Below, in pieces: positions 12,652 to 24,850 of a DNA stretch of 64,000 nt. The stretch lies in NCBI GenBank assembly GCA_047967505.1, contig CM106538.1. One strand, written 5' to 3'. The notes under the pieces are model-generated. The model ran no database searches. It was not told the DNA's origin and saw only the letters and a list, made by a program, of their open reading frames with translations. This DNA is from Dipteris shenzhenensis (taxonomy: Eukaryota). Both the position numbers and the translations under genes were made by a program. Every line of letters starts with the position of its first letter. Positions within the stretch are counted from its first letter, which is position 1.

Positions 12652-13769
12652 CTGCAAATGACATCTACAAAAGTCAGCCCTATCAAGAATGTGGCCCATT
12701 CATGGTAACCATAAAACTGCCATTTGTGAAACCTGCACTTGGCATGTAGTACAGTTTATCCATCAAGATTCTAGCTGTAACTTGTGTCTACATTTGTAAC
12801 CTAAAAATCTTCATCAAACAGGCACATAGTCCACATTCTAATGAGATGAAATCACAAGTTACAACTATATTTATAAACGGACAAACCGAATATATAAAAG
12901 CAAGCTACAAAATGAGAGGACAGTGCCTCAGGTGAAGTACAGCCACTATGGCAAGCAAATAAATCTTAGTACAGAAAAAAGTAAGTGTTAATAAACAACA
13001 GTAAGTATCATAAGCTCAATTCCCCATGGACTAAAAAATAGCAGATGCTGTTGCATGAAAACTAAATAATGAACTGCAGGGAGGAAAATTCATTCATTTC
13101 TTGATGGATAATGTACCACTAGTATCTCCTCAAACATGACACCCAGTAAATGTTAGAATCTTGGCCCCTGGTGCTTGAGCTCATATATCCATGCAGCATC
13201 CCTATGCGGTACAGCGTGCAACTATCCCTACATGAAAGAACAAATGCCCTCAGACATCACACAATGATGGTGGCTACTTAGAATTCAGACCTGTCATCCA
13301 AAACTACAGTGCCAGCTTTGAGATACACCCGTTGCATATCAGTCATACCAGAACAGCTGTAAAATATTCTCAAATGCCATGTTGCCTCATCCTCTAGTAA
13401 TCTTCATCATTTGATAAAATAACCGATACAGATCAATCTATGCATTACTGATTGTGTCCATCCCAGGAAAAGCTATGTGTCCCATACCACGCAGCCCCAT
13501 CTGCACACAGACGTCGTTAGGGAGACACAAGCCTGAACAACCTCTCAACCTAGCTGGGTTTTCTCGAGAGCCCCCACTCAGGAGAATGACCCAGTGAGCA
13601 ATTGCTCTCACTTATATAGATATAGGGTGTCCAGGTGTCTGAAGCCTAAGAGTCCTTTATTGTACCAAAGGTACCACATGTCCTAACTATCCCATGGTTA
13701 GGACACATGACCATAGGCTAACCTGGCCTCCATAACACTAGCCACGTTATGCCCATGCGTGGACATATG

Positions 13770-14560
13770 ATTACCACCCTTTCAATATAGCATTGAGGCC
13801 CCTTCTGTTCTGCTCACTTACCATGAGGTTAACCAGATTATCCAAGAGGAGCTCAACTTCTACAGGGATCCCTGCTTATGGTTATCAGAGGAGGGCTTCA
13901 TCAACCCGCCACGCTATACATAGATCCACTCCCCCATTCTTTAATCATATCAATCGGATAGTTTTGTGTCTCATCACACTGACTATACATTGAAAGTGGG
14001 CAGATTGAGGGCATACCTAGGTCACATCTGCACTCTTTGTGATCCGCAGGAGATTGAATTGGGGGATCACTTTGCTTTCAGATGCCCTGTGTACTACAAG
14101 ATTCGAGGCCGTTACCATTGTCTCTTCAAGGATGGGTTCAGACCCCTCTCCGGTCTTCTATCTTACCCGGACTAGAGATGCTTAGCAACTTTAATTCATG
14201 AGGCCGTCTGACACAGAGACCATATGTGCAAGGCACATAGACGAGATCAAGGTGCACAGCTAGATTCCACTCAGAGCATGATCACTGAGTTTTTCCAGCC
14301 AGATAGCATGGACGAGCATGCCTCTGGCAGACGGTGGAGCCGGAGCGAGAGAGACGATAGACTAGCCAATGGGCCGATGCACAAATCAGGCTCAGGAATC
14401 TTCCCTCCATGTTCACCAAACCAGAGACACAGCTGACGTGTGTGACAGTGGCACTTGTCCAACGTAGGCAACAGCTAGGAGTCCACAATGGACCACACAC
14501 AGATCGTCACTAGCACTCTATCATAGAGGACCATCATAGTGATGCCACATCGGAGCTTCC
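13770..14560 (+). mobile_element. RTEX-like LINE ORF2 3' fragment
   Basis: RLPPFQYS; ICTLCDPQEIELGDHFAFRCPVYYKIRGRY zinc finger; QSMITEFF. Confidence 0.85.
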
Positions 14561-14619
14561 ATCCTCTCCATGGGATGAGACAATTTACTAGTGCTTCTAT
14601 GTTTATGTTGCAAACATTT

Positions 14620-16137
14620 TACTCTAAACCAGAGAGGCTGCTAGCTCATGGGACAAGCAGCCCGCATAGACTGCATCGAGGGCATGGTCAAAGTATATGT
14701 GAACATGAATGCGAGGAGGAGGATTGGGGCCTATGTCTGGTGTAGCCGCCGAGATGACAAATGCTAGGTAGAAATGGTCAACACACCAGTGGGGAGGGGA
14801 GGGACTGCAAAATCATGTATTACTGCACTTTGCTTGCAAGTGCTCTCGCTTCACACAGGTCTTTTCTAATGAGTAGATCATTCTGTTGCACGTGCTTCAA
14901 TTCTAAGCTATGGCTCAATAATAGCTTCAATCTGCCAGCAAGTTTTTGTTGCAGGTATTCTCTACAATTGGTTGCAGAGGATTCTCTCGTTCACTGAGGC
15001 AGACAAAGTTTCCTCTCAAGGGGTTTCAATACCTATGCTCAGCAGTGTCTTCTCTTCTGCTAGAAGACTGCCCAAAGGTGGGATTCACAGGCCTAGCAGG
15101 ATGGCTCTGATACCATGAAAGAAAACAAGAAACGGAAGGCCTGTGAGTCTGTAGTCCCCTCCACACACAGGTAGGAATAGATGCACACATAAATTGCTGC
15201 AAACTGAAATGCTAACACTACCTAGAATGAAAGTTTACAACTAAAAATGCAGCAACTAAACTGCAAATGCGCAATGATCCCAAGAAGGTGTGAAGAGGGT
15301 GAAGCTTCCCACTGGCTTCTCACAGAAGCCAGACCTTCATCCCCATCCTATGTGGCACACTGACAAAATGTACCCAATCAAAATGCACCAAACACATGCA
15401 CTAAAAGCAATACTTGCATCTGATTGGCTGCCCTAGAGTGAGTGAGATGGTGAGTGCATTTAGCATGGAGTTTGAGGAAGGAAACACCCATCAGGCTGAG
15501 GTAATCAGGTAGAGGTAAGCACAGAGGTAATCAGGCCCCCTACAGCATAGTTTGCCGGTGAGATTTGTGTGGCACGTGGCAAGGCCACACTAGACATACC
15601 AATAGAATGGTGCCGTGTGCCAACCATCCCCTTCATCCACAATGGATGCATGTGGGGCCTGGTCACATCATGTGCCCCTTAAAAATCTCTAACCCCTGTC
15701 CATGACCTAACATCATGGATGTTCTATTCTAGGCTACCACTCTTTTTTACCTTTTATTAATCCTAACCTAAAATTACACCAAGGGTACTTTAGCAACTAA
15801 GTCCACAGCTCGTCACTTTTTCCAACACCTGAGAGATAAAACCTATGATGGAGCGTTGCTAGTAGCCAACTTGAGTTGCCCACCTCGTGGCAGCTCACCG
15901 CTAGACAAGTGCCACTATCGCCCTTGTTTGTTCCCCATGCAAGTGAACATCTCCAAGCGGATTTGTTGTGTTGGAGCTTGATATAGCTGCTCCAAGTAGA
16001 GGTCTCCTCATAGCAAGTGGAGATAGCTCCAGAGGACCTTTGGTTGCAAGTCCCTACGGTGGTTTCTTGAAAGAGAATGGATGATTGGAGGCAAGATTCA
16101 CCAATGCAAATATACATGAGGCCTTATAGATCTTGAC
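14620..16137 (-). mobile_element. LTR retrotransposon 5' remnant (LTR, PBS, leader)
   Basis: Reverse-complement PBS GCTCTGATACCA at 15104-15115 abutting TG at 15116 (LTR-terminal CA on the minus strand). Outer boundaries approximate. Confidence 0.55.
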
Positions 16138-16169
16138 AGGACAAAGAATCCCTAGAGAGGATGGACTCC

Positions 16170-19100
16170 CCCTTACTTCAAGAAATTCAAGGATCTAGTC
16201 TCCACCTCTCCTATCCTGCACCATTTGCAACTGTAATGGTACCTTATGGTCGGAACCAGGGAATTTCTTGAAATCTTATACAGGTCGTGACATAGTCTTC
16301 TAAACAGAGACACATCAAAGTCCAGAACATCCTCTACCAGTAGTCAACAGTTCTATACTTGGGAGGCGGCTTACAAAGATGAGATGAGGGACACTGGAGG
16401 AATAGAAGGGTCCGGTGGAGTAGCAGTTCTCTATAGGTCTTCTCTTTGGGGGCCATCTCAATAGAGAAGAGAGACTCAGACTCACACTATAGATTTCTCA
16501 GGATCTGGATTCAACACACGGATTTGTTCATAGCAGTATGCTACTTTCCCCACGAGACCTCAGACTTTGCCTGAGATGTCCAAGAGGAGACTGAGACATC
16601 ACCATATACAGCTCTTTATTAGGACATCGTTGATTTCTCGAGTCGTGGGGAAGTTCTCTTGGTTGGGGACTTTAACGCGAGGATAGGGGCATGTTTGGTA
16701 TCACTCCTCGTTTGAGATGATTCTATTATGTTACCAGATATTGCCCTAGAGGATGTGGGTTTGTTGCGCATCTTAGCTGATAGGCAAGCCCATATCACAT
16801 CTTATGGGCAGGCATTGTTAGATCTTGACAGGATGCATGATCTCATTTATTTATAAGGGTCTTAACAGATGGTCATCCTTGGGTGATTTTACTTGCTTCC
16901 CTCATGAAGGGGGCTTCGGCGTCGTCGATTACATCATGGGATCCCCTGCCTTTGCCTCCCGTATCACTGACTTTTCTGTCGCACCACTACCTCCTAAGGT
17001 TGACCACACTTATCTCTTCTTCCGTATCTCCATATCTCGCCTCACAGTACCCTTCACTCCCCTGATCATCATAGCACTTATCAATACATTTCGACCGTAG
17101 TCTCTCACCTAGGTACTCAGCACACCTTTATACGCTCCTCATATATTGACTTCATACCCCTACTAGAGGATCGTGCTGCCCTGATCACCCGCTCACTCCA
17201 TGAGGTTGCACTTCATGGCTTTCCTCACACTACACGCTCTACTCACCCACCACCACTTGGGACCGTCCCTTGCAACAATTGGTACGATGATGAGTTTAAG
17301 GCTTTGCGCCGCCAACTCACTCCCGACCAAACCTGACACGATATACAAGTATCATCGATTGGTTCGCAAGAAGAATTTATCCACTGAAACGAGGAGGAGT
17401 TGTTGAACACTTTGTTTAATAACAAGTCCAAAGACTTTTAGCAGAGATTTCTAGAGAGATGGTCCCCTTCACCTCTCATATACTAAGGTTTTGTATTATT
17501 ATGCATGCACATTATATGACATCCCAAATCAGCCCACTCCTGACCTTTCACACATACCTCGTCCTACTTCCTGTACACTCTTCACTAAGGGGGGTGTTAA
17601 TGGACAATGTGATGAAGCTTCAGAACAGCCGAACGAAAGATCATGAGGGTCTATGCACTGAATTAATTGCATATGGGATTAACATCCTTGCCTTGATCTT
17701 AGCAAAGCTCTTTAATGAAGCTGTTTGCCTTGGCTTCCCACACACTTGGACTCTTAATACTATCTCACCTATCCACAAGGCAGGGGATCCCATGAACCCG
17801 AGGAACTACGGGACCATTATGATTGGGCATGTCATGTCCAAGATTTATGCATCAGTGCTTGATTCTAAGGTCAATCGATTTGCGGACATGCACGGGCTAA
17901 GAGCATATGGACAAGCCGGGTTCCGACATGATCATGGGACCATGGATCACATTCTCACGCTCAGATGTATTATTGAGGAGGTGAGGGCACGAAGATAGAG
18001 GGTTTATTGCCTTGCAGGGCAATTCTCTCAGAGCTGAAAGCATGCATTTGTTCAAAGTCTTTGCCCTCCCCTTGGCTTTGCAAGAGCCTCGTCGATCTTT
18101 TTTTCGGAGTTTGAAGGGCATTCATTCGGTTGCTGATGTTATTTAGGATGATGGATCTCCTCTCTCTTTTTCTTTAGCTGCTGCAAAATTTGGACTTGGG
18201 ATGCATCATCGTCCTCTATGGCATACTATTACTTCTATGCTTTAGCCTCTTCATCCGATTCCTCCGTTGTGTTTACAGGATCGTCTTAAGGACTGGATAA
18301 TTTCTTCGGCACAGTCTTCATGCCGTCCTCTGAAGTTCTCGCACATTACTGTCTCTTCGCTTTATAAAAGATTGCTTCCTCCACCATATGTCTCTCACCG
18401 GGCCAATCATCTTTGGCATCTTGATCGTTTTGCACAGTGGTGGCGGAAGAGACTAAGACAGATTTGACATTCCAAAATTCCTCTCCGACAACAGATTTTC
18501 TTGTGGAGAACTTTAATGGGTGTTCTTCCTCATGGATATTTATTCCTAGAGCCCGCCTCATCAGGCATTTGCAGGACTTGGGTTATGGTCAGGAGATTAG
18601 CTGGCCTGCTATGGCATTTACGGGAGTCTTAGGCAGAGTTCGGACACGAGATGGATGGTGAGAATCTGAGTCAAACAAGGATGTCCTTTGTCACCCACCT
18701 TGTTTGGCCTCTACATCGATAAGCTTGAGGTAGTCATATAGACACTATAAGGAGCTGGATGCTCTCTCACTAGCACTCTGATTCAGATATTGCTTTATGC
18801 ATATGATGTGGTACTCCTATCATCCTCAAAAGAGGGGCTCCAGAGGCACTTAGATCCACTACAGTCTTTCTGTGCGTCGCATGATCTGAAGATCAACCTT
18901 GGTAAAACCAAGGTCATGTTCTTCAATACATCTCAGGTCACAATGCATCGAGAGCGGCTTACTTTTGATGGGTCACTGGTCGAGATTGTTTCATCATATA
19001 CCTACCTGGGTGTATCTTTTGCGGACCTATTTTCACCATGAGACCGGCGATGCAGGCTCGGTTGAGCAAAGGATATGCCTCAATGGCCAGATTGGAGAGG

Positions 19101-20530
19101 CAATGCTTCCATTCACATTTTCAAGACCCTCGGACCAAATGTCTACTCTTTGACTCCTTCGTTTGACCAGCAAGGATGTATGGCAGCCTTTGTTGGGGGC
19201 TGAACCTGTCAGATACTAAATGGGCTCGTATGGAGCGACTACACGTTCTTATGCTATCACAGATGATTCGCAGTAGGCCATCAGTTCCTTACCAGATCAT
19301 TCAGACTGAGTTTGGATCTTCGCCATTGCAACTCGATGCAACATTTCAAGTCATTACCTACTTATATCAAGTTAGGGCATACGAAGATCACATCTCTAGA
19401 CGCGGCAGATTACCGTGGCTAGCATTGTCCTCCTCCATGGCGCTATAAGAGGTAGGTGACCAAAGATGCTGGTTTGCGCACACAGTGAGATGGTTTGAGC
19501 GATTGGGGTTACATAAGGTCATACGTGAGGATCTTCTACAGCTACACACATCTGGACTGAATGAGCTTCCAGTGAAGCTCAGCTTCTACAGAGATCATTG
19601 CCTACATATCTCGGATAGGGGTTTATTAACCAACCAGGGTATACACGGATTCATTTACCCCATTCATTGAGATCTCCATTGGGCAGTTTCGGGTCTCCTC
19701 ACATAGACTCCACATTGAGAGTGGTCTGGCAAAGGGTCTGCCCAGGGAGAGAGGCATATGCACTTTGTGCGGCCTACAAAAGGTTAAGATGGAGGAACAT
19801 TTCATCTTTAGATGCCCAGTTTACTATGAGATCAAAGGACGATTTTATTGTCTATTCAGAGATAGCTCCAGGTTGTTATCTCGATTTCTCTCTTTCCCAG
19901 ATCTAAGGAGCTTGGCCGCGTTCATTCATGAGGCAGTTAGGCATCGTGAGCGCCTACTTGAATCTCGGGGACAAGAGGAATGTACCCTGGTGGACTCTTT
20001 TCAGAGCATGATCACGGAGTTCTTCCAGCCGAACCACATAGACTCACCCCCTATAGGTCCTAGGCATGATCGGAACTCAGAGCCAGTGACACGGCAGCAC
20101 ACGGAAAGGGTTGAGAATCACATATTACACTTGAGGACATTCCCTCCATGTTCAGAGTGGGAGCGTGACCAATAGGGGTGATTGTCGCCCTTGTTAGACG
20201 TAGAGCCGTGACTAGGAGACAGTGTAGGATTGCATCCATAGGGAGCCAGCAGCACTCTATATCTAATTTCATGCTATCGCTCCCTCACTCTTGACGAGGG
20301 AGGGACGAGCACATTTCACTTTGTATTATGATGACAATCGCTATGATGATGATGTTGATGCTGTAGATGACTACTATTTTGATATGACTATGTAGGATAT
20401 AGTTTTTTGCTTTTGTATGGGTGTCGATGCTTGATTAGTAGCTCCACCATTCTAGCTGGCTTGTATCATGTTTCTCATAGTCTCATAGACTCATCGGTCT
20501 TCCGAAGACTTTAATAAACTTTCTTTCTCT
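16170..20530 (+). mobile_element. RTEX-like LINE, near-complete but degenerate ORF2 (AP endonuclease, RT, zinc finger) with 3' tail
   Basis: EN motifs NCNG, ETH, GDFNAR, VVDYI, DH; RT motifs NYGTIMIGH, QGCPLSPTLFGLYID, LLYAYDVVL, YTYLGV; tail ...gactttaataaactttctttct at about 20530. Confidence 0.92.
18011..18541 (+). mobile_element. L1-like ORF2 fragment lodged inside the RTEX-like RT
   Basis: LKFSHITVSSLYKRL...ANHLWHL...WWRKRLRQI resembles the region preceding zf-RVT in plant L1. It interrupts the RT between VYC and IPRARL. Confidence 0.5.
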
Positions 20531-21689
20531 GCACAAGGCTTTTCAGGAGGTTTTTTATTCCAGTCTGTGCCTCATCTTTTTTGGCATTGCTCCCACACCC
20601 GTGATTTCTTGGGTCTCCTGACATGATGTCACAGCCTCTCATTATCCCCTTCTTGGATTTCAGGGAGTATGATAGAGTGGACTGGGCGTTCTTGGAGAGC
20701 ACTAGCAGACTTGTCTTCTCAGCATGTTATCTGAGGCATCATGCAGGCATCTCGAGCCAACTCTCAGATCACATTGTGACAGAGGAGTAGAGTTTCTCAC
20801 CTAGGGAAAGGCCCTTGATTTTAGGTGGATTCCCTGGGGCCAGAAAGCAGGTGGGGATTGATATTTCAATTTCAGCCAAGCAACAACTGGCGCCAGACCT
20901 GGAGAGTGTCTAGTATAAGCTTTTTTATTGAAGCTCAACCAAGCTCTTGCATGCAAGTAGAGCTTTGACACTAATCCAAGTCTTGTTGGCAACCATCCAG
21001 TAAGTTGTATCTTACTATATTTTCACTAGTATGTAACTGCTTATAGGAAGCCATGGCACGGACTTGAGTAGCTTAGTAAATTCTCATCTTTCCCCATGCT
21101 GAGGGGGACCAAGCATCATTAATTTACAATGTAGCACATAGCCGCACTGGAAAGTTTATTATTCGGGGCCTCATTTTAGGCTTTAAGCTCTAGAAACTTC
21201 TGCTACAATATGAACTCCTTGGGAAGACTTGGCAAACCTCCCATCCATGGGTCTTTCCTTACTGAGGAGAGTTTGCCAATGAACCAAGGACTTGATGAGG
21301 AGCTAGATACACCTTCAAACAAATCAGTCCCAGTCCGGCCCACAATGCAGAGGAAAAATAGTAGCAGCTGTTGATTTGGCATACCAGGGTCCAGGAATTG
21401 GAGGGAGATAAGTTGGCTGCCAGCAAATACATTCAGCTACGTCCTCCATGTCCTGGCACATGACCCCATAGTTGCCTGCTTTTGAGCAGGGGACACTCAG
21501 CCTCAGCAAAACAGGCTGTCACATCAGTTATGGGACATATCAGCAGCTTCTGTAGCACTCCACATCAGCATATAGGTGGCAAGGACACTATATATATACA
21601 GCTGGAGCTGCCTCAAGAGTCAAGACCACATTGCAGCTTGCTAATTCTCTCAAAATACCAGCAATTATGCCATAGCCACCCCACCAGAA

Positions 21690-21860
21690 TTAGCCCCACC
21701 ATTTATGGCATTGAACCATGACATACACAGGTTCTCAAAGCAAGGAGCTATTCTGCTACTGGGTGACATTAATGCCAGGATGATGGGCATAAAAGCAGAG
21801 ATACTCGTCTTTCAGGAGGGTTCCATCATGCTACCGCAAATAGACATTGGGATCACAGAG
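21690..21860 (+). mobile_element. LINE endonuclease fragment
   Basis: PFMALNHDIHRFSKQGAILLLGDINAR is homologous to the GDFNAR region of the other copies. Confidence 0.7.
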
Positions 21861-22644
21861 TTTAGTGTCACATTCAGTCGACAAAAACGGGCGGCAACCA
21901 GATGCCCACGAGCTTGCCATAGACAGAGGGTCACAAACTCCCAGCAAGAAATCACAGACATCCGCCAACGACAGAGAGGTGCCACTCAGTCTGGCCACTC
22001 TATATTCCATGACCTTGATTTACATAGGGAGATGCATCCACAGGCCAATCATATATATACATGTCTCATGAGGGAAAAAGCTCAGCCCACACAAGTTACA
22101 CTACGCCACACATCAGCATTACACAATGTTGTTTTTCCTGTAGTGAGCTGGAGAAACACTTCGGCTCTCCCTCTGGTATTTCATGCATCACACTTGATTT
22201 TGTCTCACAGGCCATTTTGGTCTTCTAAATACATTAATAGGTATACTTTTCTTCTTTGTTGCTCTCCTCTTCTATTGCCTTACTCTCTTCTCCAAATCTG
22301 CCCATTCACTCTTGTTCACATATCACTTCTAAAGGTATGTGGAGCTTCATAAAAACATGGAGACATGCACACATGCACACATGGATATACAAATGAATAG
22401 TAAGGCAAACAGTAAGAATGCAAATGGCAAGATGATGAGCTTATCACCCAGTCCCAAATTTCCAAGGAGACCTATTGCAATCAAACCCATAGATATCTTG
22501 GGAAAATAACCCTCACAAATGATGCCTTTTTAGGGTTGTTGTGAAGCTACATATTATGCTGTTTGTGATATCTAACTGTAAGGCACCCCCCTTGTAAAAT
22601 CTGAATCAGCCTGTTCTTTCGCACTGGAAGTGAGGCATGCAGTA

Positions 22645-23560
22645 ATATCACAGTGGAGGGTTTCATTGATCCACCAGGGTACACTCAAATCTTTTTACCC
22701 CGCTCACTGAGAATCTCTCTTGGGCAATTTCGCGTCTCCTCACATAGACTTCGTATCGAGAGCGGCAGAATAGAGCGACTATCCAAGGAGAGGTCCATAT
22801 GCACTTTGTGTGACATGCAGGAGGTTGAGACAGAGGAGCAATTCATCTTCAGATGTCCTCTTTACTATGAGATCCATGGGCGTTTCTACGGCCTCTTCAG
22901 AGATAGCTATGGGGTTTTGGCTCGACTCATCTCCTACATATACCAGCAATGTTTGGCAGGTTTTGTTCATGAGGCACTCAGACTCCGCAAGAGGATACTC
23001 CGAGCACAGCGACGGGAGGAGACTTCTTCCTTGGCTGATCCCTCTCAGAGTTCTATCACGGAGTTTTTCCAGCCAGATCACATGGACACCCACGGGACGA
23101 GGCCTCAACATGATCGTGACCTGGAGCCTGTGACCCAACAGCTCAGACAGAGGGTTGATACACAGATCACACTTGGGGACATCCCCAACATGTTTAGAGT
23201 CGGGTCTCGCCCGATGGGGGTCATAGTAGCCCTGGTTAGACGTAGAGCTATGACCAGGAGACATGCCAGGGCTGCACCTTTAAGTGGACGACAACATTCT
23301 ATTACCGATTTCATGCCCCCATTGCCACATCCACCCTCCTTGATGTCTTGATGGTGATGATGAGATAGTTGACTACCGACATGACATGACTATGTTGTAT
23401 CTAGGATTTCGTACTGACATTCTGCATATTTTGCATTTGCATCAGTGTGGATGCTCGTTTAGTAGCTCCACAACCACAGCTCGTTTGTACCAGGTTTTTC
23501 ACAGTCTCATAGACCCATCGGTCTTCCGAAGACTTTAATAAACTTTCTTTCTTTCTTTCT
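22645..23560 (+). mobile_element. 5'-truncated RTEX-like LINE with open C-terminal ORF and (TTTC)n tail, ending about 95 bp from the exon 5 donor
   Basis: ORF 22653-23351: LRISLGQFRVSSHRLRIESGR...CTLCD...E.EEQFIFRCPLYYE; AATAAA then (TTTC)n; closely similar to 52755-53660. Confidence 0.95.
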
Positions 23561-23654
23561 ACAATGAAGCAACATTGAACTCTAGAAGAAATACAAAAAT
23601 GATGTGAATACCAGTAGAATGGGATATCATATTATAACCTCAAGAGATCCGCAC

Positions 23655-23843
23655 CTAACAAAGCACCTGCAAATACATCTTGCCAATGATGCCAGTAGTC
23701 ATCAACTCGTGAAAGGCCTACTAATAAGGCCCCTAAAAGTGGAGTAAACATGATGACGAGCTTTGCAGTATGGCCTCGTCCGTCAAAAAGTTGCATTTTT
23801 CCTGCTAAATACAGGGATAAAAAGCCCAAACCAGCAAATGACC
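23655..23843 (-). CDS. LPP: LPP coding exon 5 (catalytic motif 3, SRX5HX3D)
   Basis: ttgcag|(W)[28 protein letters not shown]...[21 protein letters not shown](G)|gtgcgg. 189 nt. Confidence 0.97.
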
Positions 23844-24088
23844 CTGCAATGAAACCACAGAATTAAATATCATCCACCACGAACCCAAAAGATGGTAATA
23901 TAAGATCCATCCACTGCACAGATCCCAATGATGTGACATGTTGAGCGAAGCCTGACCTAAATGTCAACAAAATAATGAGGAAATTACATAGAACACAAGA
24001 TACATGATGCGTCAAACATACAACCATTAGCAGCATGGGCTCAACCTGGAAATTTTTAAAAAGAGGCAGAAAAGACAATAGAAAGTAC

Positions 24089-24182
24089 ATGAAGTGTGCC
24101 CACTCGGGAAACTTTTGTGACCTTCTTTTATCACTTTTGAATCACCATGACAGATAACTTTGAAAGTTGTATTATTATACAC
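24089..24182 (-). CDS. LPP: LPP coding exon 4 (catalytic motif 2, PSGH)
   Basis: ttgcag|[31 protein letters not shown](W)|gtactt. 94 nt. Confidence 0.97.
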
Positions 24183-24364
24183 CTGCAATGCAACTACAAA
24201 AGTCATAAACACATACAAGCAATTATATACCAACGTTTCAAAAATATACATGCATTCAACTTGATTTTGAAAATCCTCAAAATGAAAAACAGTAGTATTT
24301 TAAAAGTTGGGCATCCAATCAATGTAAATCAGTGTATGTATGAAGGAAAAATGTGCCTACTTAC

Positions 24365-24474
24365 AGCAATGCCATCCGGAAAGCAGCGCCAGAAAAAGTC
24401 TGGTCTTGGACGACCAACTGCATCTTTAATAGCATCTGTAAGGACTGCTGTGCTTAAGACTGCAAAAAATAGTC
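24365..24474 (-). CDS. LPP: LPP coding exon 3 (catalytic motif 1, KX6RP)
   Basis: ttttccag|(G)[36 protein letters not shown]|gtaagt. 110 nt. Confidence 0.97.
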
Positions 24475-24762
24475 CTGGAAAACAATATTTGGGCAACATG
24501 AATGATGCATACATGTGTACAAGACCCCTCTCCCCTCCCCCCCACCATCCCGCCCCCCAGGGCAAGAGAGGAAGGAAGGAAGGAAGGGGACATGTAATAT
24601 CTATGTACATGCATGTGCATGAGTGCAAGTGTGTGTTACACACGCACATGTGGTGAGATACTTTTACCCCCTTTTATCAAAGATGATCTATACATGCGTG
24701 TCTGTGTGTGGATGTGCGCATACTTGTGTGATGCATGGGTGTGCATGGTGAGAAATTTTTAC

Positions 24763-24850
24763 CAAGGATTGCATGGTGTAGATCTGTGATGTCCTTTTTA
24801 TAGAGAAAATACCCAACTATAAATACAAGTGGGATGATTAGGGCAATGAC
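24763..24850 (-). CDS. LPP: LPP coding exon 2
   Basis: tttgcag|VIALIIPLVFIVGYFLYKKDITDLHHAIL(G)|gtaaaa. 88 nt, DLHHAILG motif, phase 0 to 1. Confidence 0.95.

Noticed and set aside
21866-22356. Solo LTR and the 215-aa ORF 21705-22352
   Set aside because: A TG start is present but no TSD-matched end; the ORF is a chance fusion of an endonuclease fragment and non-coding sequence.
24600-24750. RY (CATGCA) regulatory cluster in LPP intron 2
   Set aside because: Indistinguishable from degenerate (TG/CA)n low-complexity sequence without conservation data.
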